From the NCBI GenBank assembly GCA_934757845.1, contig CAKVLQ010000001.1, positions 8,398-72,397 of the forward strand: 64,000 bases of DNA, read 5' to 3'. The translations under genes and the position numbers were made by a program. Under the pieces are notes generated by a model. The model searched no databases. It had not been told where the DNA came from and worked only from the letters and a program-made list of their open reading frames with translations. Below are positions 1 to 9,500 of this stretch, one piece after another (the first letter of the stretch is position 1; every line of letters begins with the position of its first letter). Origin of the DNA: an uncultured Clostridia bacterium (lineage in GTDB: Bacteria > Bacillota > Clostridia > Christensenellales > UBA1242).

Positions 1-108
1 GAAATTATGAAAAATATAAATGCTAATATTCAAAACAGTATGGAGTATAAAAACAAAAACGAAGAAATTAATAATTTGGCTAAAGAACTTTTGTTATTGC
101 TTTCTTAA
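1..108 (+). CDS. 3' end of an upstream CDS (partial, product unknown)
   Basis: Frame 1 is open from the window edge to TAA at 106-108 (...EEINNLAKELLLLLS*). A stem-loop terminator follows immediately. Confidence 0.4.
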   Translation, partial: EIMKNINANIQNSMEYKNKNEEINNLAKELLLLLS

Positions 109-110
109 AA

Positions 111-137
111 ATGAAGGAGTTTCCTTCATTTTTTTTA
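111..137 (+). terminator. Rho-independent terminator
   Basis: atgaagga (111-118) pairs with tccttcat (122-129) across a 3-nt loop, followed by a T8 run. Confidence 0.65.
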
Positions 138-240
138 TTAGAAAAACTTAAAAGATAAATATATTTTAAAAAGATAAAAAAGTTGATAAATAATTTTAAA
201 GGCAAACATTAAAAAATATTGTTAAATTTATAATTTTTCT

Positions 241-1596
241 TTAAAAAATTTTTGTTCTTGCAAAGTGGTCATAAACTTTTTCAAAGTCGATGTTTAATGC
301 CAGCAATTTTTCTCGAAGAGATTTTCCGTTAATTTTGGTTGAAGAAACAAATGCTTTATTGTTTTTTATAAATGCACCGAATGTGTTATAGTCAACAAAA
401 ATTTTAAAGCCAATTTCTTCAAGTTTGTTATAATAATCGTTGTTTTTGTTGCTTTCAAAAGGTGAAAAATAAATATTTATCATTCCAAAAATAGGAAGAA
501 TATTATTTTTTATAAACAAAATTTCTTCATCAAAATTTTCAATAGAATAAAAACTTTTGTCAAAATTTCCATAACCAAATTCATAACCAAGTGTTTTTAG
601 TTTTGAAACAAGTTTTTTTAATGCCACAGCGTCTTGGCTTGCGTTTGGGTTGGTTTTGTTAATGTTATACCCTAGTATTCCATCATTTTTGTCAAAACAA
701 ATAACGGCTTTTGAGTTGTTTAATGAAAAATCTTGATGATTGTCAATAAAATTTTCTAATATAGGGATAAAATCGGAGCAATAAGAAATTTGATTTTTTT
801 CAACTTGTTTGCTGTTATAACAAGCAATATTATCTTTTCCGTCTATAATAAATTTTTCAACAAAACAAGTTTCGTTTTCTGAATAATTTATATTGTTGAA
901 AATCAAAATTATAGGTGTTTTGTTTTGCGGAACATACAAATCCTTTTTAAAAACTTTATTGTCTTGAATTTCAACTAAATCAGACATATTAATCAAAACA
1001 TAATCGTTCAAATAAAGTTCGTCAAGCAAGTTTTGAAATTCTTTGCTTGTTAAGTATAGATTATCAAGTGTGTCGCAATTAACATTTTGGGGCGAAAAAG
1101 CAATTTCGGGGTAGGCGATTAGTTTGTTTAAACTTAAAATTTGTGGAGTTTTATCATAATAAAAAAGCCCGTCTTTAACAAAATATTTTGAATAGTGAGA
1201 AATAAGTGAATTTATGGTGGTTTTGTCTTTAAAAATTTCACTTTTGCTTTCCAAGAACTCAACAGCACCTTTAAAGTCATTGTTTCCAGCAAGTGAGCGT
1301 GCTTTCAAAATAATAAAACTTCGATAATCGTCCATAAGTTGTTCAATTTCTTTAATTTTGTAAGAAAAAAATTGGGTATTTTCATGGCAGATTAGGTCAA
1401 GATATTTATACATTTGCTCAATTTCTTTGTCAATGTTATTGTTTGAATTTTGAAGTTTGATTAAAAGTTTTTCTGCCAAAATTTCTTGATTTAGTGTTGT
1501 TTCAGGCGAAGCAAAAACTGTGCAAATATTTTTTGCACCAAAAAAAGGAAAAATACAAAAAATTAAAGCAATTATTATTGCAAAATATTTTTTCAC
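241..1596 (-). CDS. Secreted hypothetical protein (N-terminal signal peptide)
   Basis: 451-aa ORF. The N-terminus MKKYFAIIIALIFCIFPFFGAKNICTVFA has the form of a signal peptide. I recognise no catalytic motif. Confidence 0.6.
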   Translation of the reverse strand: MKKYFAIIIALIFCIFPFFGAKNICTVFASPETTLNQEILAEKLLIKLQNSNNNIDKEIEQMYKYLDLICHENTQFFSYKIKEIEQLMDDYRSFIILKARSLAGNNDFKGAVEFLESKSEIFKDKTTINSLISHYSKYFVKDGLFYYDKTPQILSLNKLIAYPEIAFSPQNVNCDTLDNLYLTSKEFQNLLDELYLNDYVLINMSDLVEIQDNKVFKKDLYVPQNKTPIILIFNNINYSENETCFVEKFIIDGKDNIACYNSKQVEKNQISYCSDFIPILENFIDNHQDFSLNNSKAVICFDKNDGILGYNINKTNPNASQDAVALKKLVSKLKTLGYEFGYGNFDKSFYSIENFDEEILFIKNNILPIFGMINIYFSPFESNKNNDYYNKLEEIGFKIFVDYNTFGAFIKNNKAFVSSTKINGKSLREKLLALNIDFEKVYDHFARTKIF

Positions 1597-1704
1597 AAAA
1601 TTATTATTTGTTAAAACAAAAATTTAATTTAAAAATAACAAAAAAACTTATTTTTCTATTATTTTTTTTATTTTTTATATATAAATTAATGTTATTTTAT
1701 TATT

Positions 1705-2769
1705 ATGGAAAAAAAGATTAACAAAAAAATTCAAAATGTTATCATAAAAAAAGAAGCACTAAAACTTTTAAATTCTGAACTTGAAAAATATGTTTTGAAC
1801 AGCAATGTTTTGGTGGTGGTTGATTTTTTGACATATAAAAATCATAAAGTTGAACTTGAAAATTTAAAATCTTGTGGGCTTAATAATTTGGTTATAAAAG
1901 TTTTGGTTAATAATTTTGATGATGAATTTTTAAAATTGATTGACGAAACTTTTTCGTTTGTGGTTGGAATTGGTGAAAATTGGCTTTTGGAAAAAACTAA
2001 AAATTTTGCCATAAAAAATAATATTAATTATGGTTTTGTTAATTTATTTTTGCCAAAAACCACTATTTTTTTGAAAAAAACAGTAAATTTTTGCTATTAT
2101 CCACCTTGTTTTGTGCTGATTGAAGAAAAAAAGTTTTCAAAACAAGAGCAATTTTTTATGTTATGTGATTTGTTTAAATATTCTTTTTTAATTGTGGAAA
2201 GTAGCTTTGATTTTGAAAACAAAAATCTTTTTGAGTTTTCAAAAAGATATGAAGAAGCATTAACAAATATTTGTTCAAGCAATTTTAAAAATTTTTGTGA
2301 AAACAGTTTTGATAGATTTTTAATTGAAAATTTGGTTGGTGTGGGGCTTTTGCTTCAAAAATATGAAATTGAAAAAGGTTTAAGTTCTTTTGAAAATGAA
2401 TTTAATAATTTAGCATCAAATTTTGTGCTTGGATATCAATATAAAAATATTTTTTTAAAATTAAATCCTTGCAATCTTTTTTTGGAAAGAATACAAAAAT
2501 TAAATTTAAATTTGTTTGAATATGAAAAAATTGACATTAAGTTTTATCGAATTTTTTTGCTAAATTTTAAAAATAAATTTCTAAAAAATGTAGAATTATT
2601 TTTGGGGCTTTGTTTTGATTTGCTTTCTTTTTTAAAACAAAACTTTTTTGAAGTGTTTTATCAAAATTCGTTAACCTTTGATTTTGAAATTAATAAAATA
2701 GATTATGATAAAACATTTTTGAAAAAAATGAGTTTTTTTGAAATTTTTAAAGTGGATATTAATATTTAA
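1705..2769 (+). CDS. Hypothetical protein
   Basis: 354-aa ORF in a coding-dense context. No motif I can name with confidence. Confidence 0.5.
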   Translation: MEKKINKKIQNVIIKKEALKLLNSELEKYVLNSNVLVVVDFLTYKNHKVELENLKSCGLNNLVIKVLVNNFDDEFLKLIDETFSFVVGIGENWLLEKTKNFAIKNNINYGFVNLFLPKTTIFLKKTVNFCYYPPCFVLIEEKKFSKQEQFFMLCDLFKYSFLIVESSFDFENKNLFEFSKRYEEALTNICSSNFKNFCENSFDRFLIENLVGVGLLLQKYEIEKGLSSFENEFNNLASNFVLGYQYKNIFLKLNPCNLFLERIQKLNLNLFEYEKIDIKFYRIFLLNFKNKFLKNVELFLGLCFDLLSFLKQNFFEVFYQNSLTFDFEINKIDYDKTFLKKMSFFEIFKVDINI

Positions 2770-2805
2770 AGTTTAAAAACAAACAAAAGCGTTAATGCTT
2801 TTAGT

Positions 2806-3291
2806 ATGAAAAAATTTATATTGCTTGTTTTAACATTATTATTTATAGTTCTTACATATAGTTTTAAGCCTGTTTTTGCGGGCGTGGTTAATCTTCATGG
2901 ATTGGTTTATAGTAATGCTGAATATTCGGTTTATTGCTTAAATTTGACCGAAAATTTGGCTAATTGCACAATAATAAAAAATGGTAATAGTAATATTATT
3001 AAAACTAACATTAACAATGCAAAATATGTTAAAAGCAAAGTTTCTATGGTTTTGGGAGAAAGTGTTAGTTTTAAGTCGTTTCAAACAAGTGTTGACAAAC
3101 TTATTAACTATTTTGATTTAAAAGTTGCAAAAAGCGAAAAAGTTGGCAATATTTATTGTGTTTATGGCTTTTGTGAAAACAAAAATTTTGAAAATTTAGT
3201 TGAAATAGAAGGTCAAAAAGTTAACATTCAAATTGCTTTTAATAACAATCGAATTACTATTGGAACTCCAATTATTTTGGGTGATTATTAA
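2806..3291 (+). CDS. Small secreted hypothetical protein
   Basis: 161-aa ORF with a hydrophobic N-terminus (MKKFILLVLTLLFIVLTYSFKPVFA). It lies directly upstream of the M23 peptidase gene. Confidence 0.55.
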   Translation: MKKFILLVLTLLFIVLTYSFKPVFAGVVNLHGLVYSNAEYSVYCLNLTENLANCTIIKNGNSNIIKTNINNAKYVKSKVSMVLGESVSFKSFQTSVDKLINYFDLKVAKSEKVGNIYCVYGFCENKNFENLVEIEGQKVNIQIAFNNNRITIGTPIILGDY

Positions 3292-3351
3292 AATTTAAAA
3301 TTTTGTGTTTAAAATTTTTTAAGTTGTTAATAATTTGCCTAGGAGGGAAAT

Positions 3352-3915
3352 ATGAAAGAAAAATTTATTAGAGGATTAAAAAAATATCGAAGTTACTTAT
3401 TTTCTGCTTTGGCAATAGTTTTGGTGGCAACTGTTATCACAATTTCGCTTGCAGTTAGTGGTAAAGACAATTCGGGAAGTGCGGTTGTTAATAATGACCC
3501 AATTAAATTTGTTTTGCCAGTTGCAAATGCAACAATTTCTATGGGATATGATGCAGAAGAACCGCAATACTATAAAGACCTAAATTGTTGGCAAATTCAC
3601 AAAGGCATCGACTTGGTTGCAACTGCTGGCGATGAAGTTTTGGCTTGCTATGACGGAAAAGTTAGCGAAATAACTTCAAATTATCTTGACGGAACAACAA
3701 TTACAATTACTCATGAAAATGGACTTAAAAGCGTATATCAAGGTTTAAGTGCTGACACAAAAGTTAAACTTAACGACACTGTTGTTACTAATCAAGTTTT
3801 GGGGACTGTTGCAAAAACTGATGACGGCGAAGAAGCTCATGTTCATTTTGAACTTATCAAAGACGGTGAAAAAGTTGACCCATTAAATTATATCGAAATT
3901 CGTGGCAAAGATTAA
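3352..3915 (+). CDS. Membrane-anchored M23/LytM family metallopeptidase (SpoIIQ-like architecture)
   Basis: SD aggaggg lies 5 nt upstream. One N-terminal TM helix (YLFSALAIVLVATVITISLAV). Intact LytM motifs are present: HxxxD (IHKGIDL) and HxH (HVHFEL), plus THENGLKSVYQGL. Confidence 0.8.
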   Translation: MKEKFIRGLKKYRSYLFSALAIVLVATVITISLAVSGKDNSGSAVVNNDPIKFVLPVANATISMGYDAEEPQYYKDLNCWQIHKGIDLVATAGDEVLACYDGKVSEITSNYLDGTTITITHENGLKSVYQGLSADTKVKLNDTVVTNQVLGTVAKTDDGEEAHVHFELIKDGEKVDPLNYIEIRGKD

Positions 3916-3987
3916 TTGCTTAAATTTGCTTTACTTTTGATTTAAAAAGTGATAAAATGAACTTGTAAATTAATAGGAGGACACTTT

Positions 3988-4218
3988 ATGACTTTTGAAA
4001 AAGTAAGAGATATAATTTGCAATCAACTTGGAAAAAATGCAGACAAAGTTACGCTTGAATCAACCATTGTTGAAGATTTGGGTGCAGATTCGCTTGATGT
4101 TGTTGAAATGCTTATGGCACTTGAAGAAGAATTTAATATGACACTTCCAGACGAAGCTTGTGCAAATTTAAAAACAGTTGGCGATATTGTAACTTTTATT
4201 GATTCTCATAAAAAATAA
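3988..4218 (+). CDS. acpP: Acyl carrier protein
   Basis: 76 aa. Contains the canonical LGADSLDVVEMLMALEEEF phosphopantetheine-attachment (DSL) motif. SD aggagg is upstream. Confidence 0.9.
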   Translation: MTFEKVRDIICNQLGKNADKVTLESTIVEDLGADSLDVVEMLMALEEEFNMTLPDEACANLKTVGDIVTFIDSHKK

Positions 4219-4222
4219 AAAA

Positions 4223-4246
4223 GTCCACCGAAAGGTGGTTTTTTTA
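4223..4246 (+). terminator. Rho-independent terminator after acpP
   Basis: ccacc (4225-4229), gaaa loop, ggtgg (4234-4238), then a T8 run. Confidence 0.75.
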
Positions 4247-4485
4247 TTGTCCTATTTTGGTGGATAATATTCACTTTTTTTATTTAAAAATTTTATAAAT
4301 TTAATTACTATTTCAAACTTAATTTTTTTATAAAACTTTTTATTTTTAGCATAGAAATATGCTTTTTTTTAATTACAAAAAATTTAAAAGTAATTTTATT
4401 GATTTTTTATAACAAAAAATAGATAAGTCAAATTTTGTAATAATTTGTCAAAACTGCTCATATTTTATACCACAAGGAGAAAATT

Positions 4486-4737
4486 ATGAGTGAACAAGAA
4501 ATTGAGTTTGTGGCAAATTTTATGCTTGACAATAATTTGACAATAAGAAAAGCGGGAAAGATATTTAACATTCCAAAAAGCACTCTTCACTATAACTTAA
4601 CAAAAAAACTTGAAAGTTTTAATTATTCGTTGTTTAAATCTCTTCACGAATTTTTGCAAATAAATTTTAATGAAAAACATATAAGGGGTGGGGAATCGAC
4701 CAAAAATAAATATTTAAAAATGCACCATAAAAAATAA
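4486..4737 (+). CDS. spoIIID: SpoIIID-family sporulation transcriptional regulator
   Basis: 83 aa. The HTH segment TIRKAGKIFNIPKSTLHYNLTKKL and the C-terminal HIRGGESTKNKY match the pattern of B. subtilis SpoIIID (VSKSTVHKDLT ... HLRGGEATKLKY). SD aaggaga is upstream. Confidence 0.75.
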   Translation: MSEQEIEFVANFMLDNNLTIRKAGKIFNIPKSTLHYNLTKKLESFNYSLFKSLHEFLQINFNEKHIRGGESTKNKYLKMHHKK

Positions 4738-4785
4738 TAGTTTTTGTTGGACTTTTTTAAAAAACCATTAAAAACATATAAAAAA

Positions 4786-4819
4786 CACCAAAAATTGTTT
4801 GTTTTTTTGGTGTTTTTTT
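4786..4819 (+). terminator. Rho-independent terminator after the spoIIID-like gene
   Basis: caccaaaaa (4786-4794) pairs with tttttggtg (4804-4812), followed by a T run. Confidence 0.6.
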
Positions 4820-5056
4820 GATTGTTTAGATAATTTAAGAATAATTAAAATATAAATTGTTAAAGAAAAATTTAATTATATTGAAATATTTAAAATAATT
4901 TTAAAAGAAAAAATTATAAAAAATTTTATTAAATTTAAAATAAACAACTTAAAAAATTTAAAAAGAATATTTAATATAGATTTTATAAAAAAATTAACAA
5001 AATAAAAGTCGGTCAACATTTATTTTTTAGTCGGTTGACTTTTATTTTTTATTGTT

Positions 5057-5614
5057 TTAAGTGCTTTTAGAGTTTTGAGCATTAAATTGTCTTTCTAAAC
5101 TATCAAGAGATTGATTTAGAAGAAAAATATAATCTCGTTTTAAATTTTTCATATTTTTAAGATAACTTTCAAGCCCGAGTTTCTCAAATTCGGGGATATA
5201 TTTAATATTGTTTAAAGCATCGTGAGCCGTGTTTTTTGTTTTGATAAATTTATAATTATTAATGTTTGTTAAAAACAATTTGTTTGCTTTTGGGCTTAAC
5301 CTAAAAAACAAATTAAGTTCACCATAATTTGCAACGCTTATAAAAACAAAATCTTCGTTTATTTTTTCAACTTTATATTCGGTGCTGTCTTGGTTACATT
5401 TTTTGAAAAATTCTTTTATTGAGATAAAAGTTTTTGTGTTTATACTATCGTCAACCATTAGTTTGTCTTTTATAATTTTTTTGTTTTTTTCGCTATAAGC
5501 TTCAACAAAATCTTTTCCTGCATCAAGGATATAAACAGGTTCATTAAAACAAGAATTTTTAACAAATTTTGTGTTTATAACAAAGTTTTTTTTAAGTTTT
5601 GTGATGTTTTTCAT
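5057..5614 (-). CDS. Hypothetical protein
   Basis: The ORF track gives 5057-5650. The internal ATG at 5614 (MKNITKL...) has an AAGGA SD about 10 nt upstream and sits 1 nt after the ttcA-like stop, so it is the more likely start. No recognisable motif. Confidence 0.5.
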   Translation of the reverse strand: MKNITKLKKNFVINTKFVKNSCFNEPVYILDAGKDFVEAYSEKNKKIIKDKLMVDDSINTKTFISIKEFFKKCNQDSTEYKVEKINEDFVFISVANYGELNLFFRLSPKANKLFLTNINNYKFIKTKNTAHDALNNIKYIPEFEKLGLESYLKNMKNLKRDYIFLLNQSLDSLERQFNAQNSKST

Positions 5615-5615
5615 A

Positions 5616-6368
5616 TTAATTTTTATCCTTTTTTGTTGTGTATTTGTCATATAAATTATAACTTTCTGGGCTGATTATTGCCCGAAATGCTCTGTCTGGT
5701 GCAATGGGAATATCCTTTTTTATTTGTTTTATCAAATTTTTGATATATTCTCTTTGAGTTTTGTGATTTGCTGGGCAACAATTAAAAAATACGGGCATGG
5801 TTTTTGACTCATTGATTGTTTCGTGTTCATCAATAAAAATCATTGGGCGAATAACAGTTATTCCAATGTTTGACAAAAACATTTTTGGTGCAAAAGTGGA
5901 AAGTCTGCCTTCATAAAACAAACTTAAAAAGAATGTTTCAAGCAAATCGTCTTTTGTGTGCCCCAAAGCAACTTTGTTGCAACCAAGTTCTTTTGCTTTT
6001 GTGTTTAACATTCCACGCCTTAATTTTGCACATAATGAGCAAGGATTTTTTTCTTTTCTTTCAGTAAAAACAATGTCATATATTTGGCTTTTAACAACAA
6101 CAAATTCAACACCCAAATTTTTGCAATAATCTTTAACTTTTTTATAATCACTGTTTCCGTTAAAAAGGTCAACAGAAATTGCAACAATATCAAATTTTTG
6201 TGGTGAAAAACGCTTGAAATTTGCAAGCAAAGTTAGCAAAACCAAACTGTCTTTTCCGCCCGAAAGACCAATGGCAATTTTGTCGCCATCTTCAATTAAA
6301 TTATATGTGTCTATGCACTTTCTGAACTTGCTTAAAAGTTTTTGTAACATAAGCATTATTTTAAACAA
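5616..6368 (-). CDS. ttcA: PP-loop ATPase, tRNA 2-thiocytidine biosynthesis protein TtcA family
   Basis: SGGKDS PP-loop (IAIGLSGGKDSLVLL) and the CSLCAKLRRG motif are typical of TtcA-type tRNA thiolases. The start is uncertain: TTG at 6368, or ATG at 6356 or 6350. Confidence 0.75.
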   Translation of the reverse strand: MFKIMLMLQKLLSKFRKCIDTYNLIEDGDKIAIGLSGGKDSLVLLTLLANFKRFSPQKFDIVAISVDLFNGNSDYKKVKDYCKNLGVEFVVVKSQIYDIVFTERKEKNPCSLCAKLRRGMLNTKAKELGCNKVALGHTKDDLLETFFLSLFYEGRLSTFAPKMFLSNIGITVIRPMIFIDEHETINESKTMPVFFNCCPANHKTQREYIKNLIKQIKKDIPIAPDRAFRAIISPESYNLYDKYTTKKDKN

Positions 6369-6429
6369 ATCTGCAAGTTTTGTAAAGGAATTTTGGCACT
6401 ATTTTTTATTATTTTGGCGTCTTTTTTGT

Positions 6430-6459
6430 TTGACAAAAAAAGACCTTATTGTTTATAAT
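6430..6459 (+). promoter_or_regulatory. Sigma-A type promoter of the first giant gene
   Basis: TTGACA (6430-6435), 18-nt spacer, TATAAT (6454-6459), about 80 nt upstream of the ATG. Confidence 0.5.
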
Positions 6460-6540
6460 TATATAAATTATAATATAAATAGAAAATTTGTGTTATAAAT
6501 ATCAAGTTATTTAGCAAAATAAAATTAGGAGAATTGTTTT

Positions 6541-9500
6541 ATGAAACTAAAAAAGATTTTAACAATTTTGATATTTTCGGTTTTATCTTTAACAGGTGTG
6601 TTTTTTGGCTGTAAAGATAAATATAAAGATTTTAAAATTTCGGTTAATGGAGAAAGTGAAATAACACTTTATTCGGGTGGAAGTCAATCTGACGATTATC
6701 CAAAATCTCAAACCGTTAGCATAAACATTGAAAATGCGCCAAACAATAATTGTCGCATTCTTTCATATTCAGTTTCACAAAACAATATTGTTACTGTTGA
6801 AGAACTAAAATCAAGCAGTGAAAATGTTAAACAATATTTAATCACCGCTCTTGATAATATTTCGGTTAACAGACCAACAACAGTTATAACTTTTAGGTCG
6901 CTTGAAGGAAACAGAGAATGCTCTTTAAAAGTTAATGTTGAAATTCCTATTCAAAGTTTAACAGTTTCAAAAAACTATACTCCTTATGCGGTTAATGATA
7001 ACAAACCTTATTACATAGATATTTCAAAGGCGTTTAATTTTATGCCTGCAAACACAACTCAACGAAATATTGAATTTGAACTTGTTGACGAAACACTTAA
7101 AGATTATGTTTCTGTTTCAAAAGAAGGTGCAATAACAATCAGCGAAAATTATTTTGACCAAGAAAAAGTTGAAAGCACTTTTCAAATTAAAGCCAAAAGT
7201 GCTGATAATGAAGCACTTCAATCAGTTACTCTTGATGTTAATGTTTTGAGAGATATAACTTTTGATGATATTACATTATCTTATGTGGTTGACGGGGTTA
7301 AAAATGCGTTTAGCGGAAAGGTTGAGAATGATAATAGCGAAATTAAATCTATTGACGAATTAATTTCTAACGGAATTAACCTTGCAAGCAACTGGGATAA
7401 CAGAAGAAATAGTGAGTTTCTTGTTGAAATTAAACAAACTTTTGGTTTAACTTTACAGCAAATTAATGTTGGGTTTGAAAGATTTAGTTTGACCAATGCT
7501 TTGATTGAACAAATGAATAATGGCGATAATCGAACGGCTAAATTCAATATTTATTCAACAAACCCTGGCAAAGATGAAATGGTTTTGGAAATTTCATATA
7601 AGCAAGTTGCTGACTATTCAAAACAAATTAAAATACCACTTAATGTTTTGGAATATCCAATTTCACTTGTTGTTAACAACAATGTGTCAAAAATAAGTTA
7701 TGATATTTTTGACTTTTACAAAACAAATTCTAAAGGCGAAGAATTTAATGTTGTTGTTGAAAAATCAGGTGCTTATGACAGAACCTTTAAAGTTGGTTTA
7801 ACTCCAGAAGATTTTGATTTGATTGAAGTTTATTATTTAGACGAAATGTTAAGTTTTGAAGATTTAACTTCACGAACTTTTAATAGTGGAACAAGATTAT
7901 TTATTAAAGCAAAAGATGTGACTGATGAAACCAAACCTATTAATATCAAATTCTATTCAAACATTCTTCAAAAAGATAATGAAGGAAACCTTGTTGTTAT
8001 AAGTGAAAATTTGGTTAAAGAAATTTCGCTTAATTTAATTCCTGGCATTAAAAGTTTAAATTTTGATGCAAATTTTGATAATGACAAATATTATCTTGAT
8101 AAAGATAGTAAGGTTGGGCTTGAAATTCCTTTTGTTGTTAATAATGGAGTAACATCACTTTCAAACTATGTTAGTCTTGAAATTGTTAAAGGTGCTAATC
8201 TTGTTGACATTGAAAAAGACGGCAATAGTTTTGTTTTGAAAGGCAAAGGCATTTGCGGAGATGTTGAGTTTTATTTGAAAAGCAATAACGGGCTTGAAAC
8301 TTCAACAAAAAAATTGTTTGTTTATTCGGGCTATAAAAAAGATGGTGAAAAATTTGAATTGATATTAAATTCAAACAACATTAAAACTGTTCAACAACAA
8401 AATAATAATGGAACTGTTGAATTAAAATATTATATTGGCACAACATTTGGAAAAAACAATGCAAATTTCAAAATTTCAAATCCACAAAAAGCAAGCATAT
8501 ACAATGTTGTTGCTCAATCAAATAATGAAGCAATTAATGTTGCTGTTTTAAACAAAGATGAACTTACATTCAGTTTGGTTGCAACCCAAAATGTTGACGA
8601 ACCTGTAACAATAAGTGTTATAATTCAAGTTTATAAAGATTTTGAAGAAATTAATAATTCAAACGAAATCTATGACGACATTGAAATCAATCCACTGTTT
8701 GAAATTAATACTTACAAACCATTAACAAGTGTAACTTTCAAAAATGGTGAATTGTCAGATAGTGTTTCTTTGATTGACGGCGAAGCCCTTGATATTGACA
8801 GTTTGGATAAAAAAATGAATATGCTTGATATTGAAAGCATGATTAATCTTGTGGGTGACACAAAAAACATTAAAGTTAAATATAATATGCCAAACTATTT
8901 GATTGAAGACGAATATGAAGCCATTTATGATAATGAAGGAAACAAAATTGGCATTAGCAACAAAGTTGTGGAAGAACATGATTATCACAGACAAAAAGCA
9001 AATGGCGTGTTTGACAAATTATATTTCCACACTGCAAAAAATCATAAGTTTGTGAACAATCAACTTGTGTTTGGAATAACCATTGAAATTTCCGATTTGG
9101 ACGGAAGCAATGAAGCATATTTATTAACTCTTAAAGTTGTTTTAAACTTGCAAGTTGAGCCAGAAGAAGTTGTTATTAAAAATGAAAATGGATATATTTA
9201 TATAAACAATACAGACCTTGATTTTGCAAAAATTGATGCTGAAGTTGTTGGCAAAAACGGAAAAGAAGCAACAAACAAAGCGTTAAGTTATGAAATTAAA
9301 GAAGGTTCAAGTGTTTCGGTTGACGAAAATGGTGTTTTAACTGCTGTTTCTGCGGGCATTACAAAAATAAGAGTTTATGCCAAAGCAAGCAAATATTCAG
9401 AAAATGGTGATTATTCAAAATATGCCGACATTTATGCGATTGTTGCTGACGGAAGCAAAAGTTATCCTTATTTGCTAACAAATGAAAATCAAATTTTAGA

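Noticed and set aside
1494-1721. ORF-track entry of 75 aa bridging the 241-1596 and 1705-2769 genes.
   Set aside because: Most of it is antisense to the N-terminus of the 451-aa gene. The rest is poly-Lys/Phe/Leu from AT-rich intergenic DNA, and there is no SD.
4455-4470. A sporulation-sigma (sigE/sigK-like) promoter upstream of the spoIIID-like gene (tcatatt / catatttta).
   Set aside because: The hexamer-like matches lack a correctly spaced partner element and sit too close to the SD to be interpreted. I cannot support this from sequence alone.
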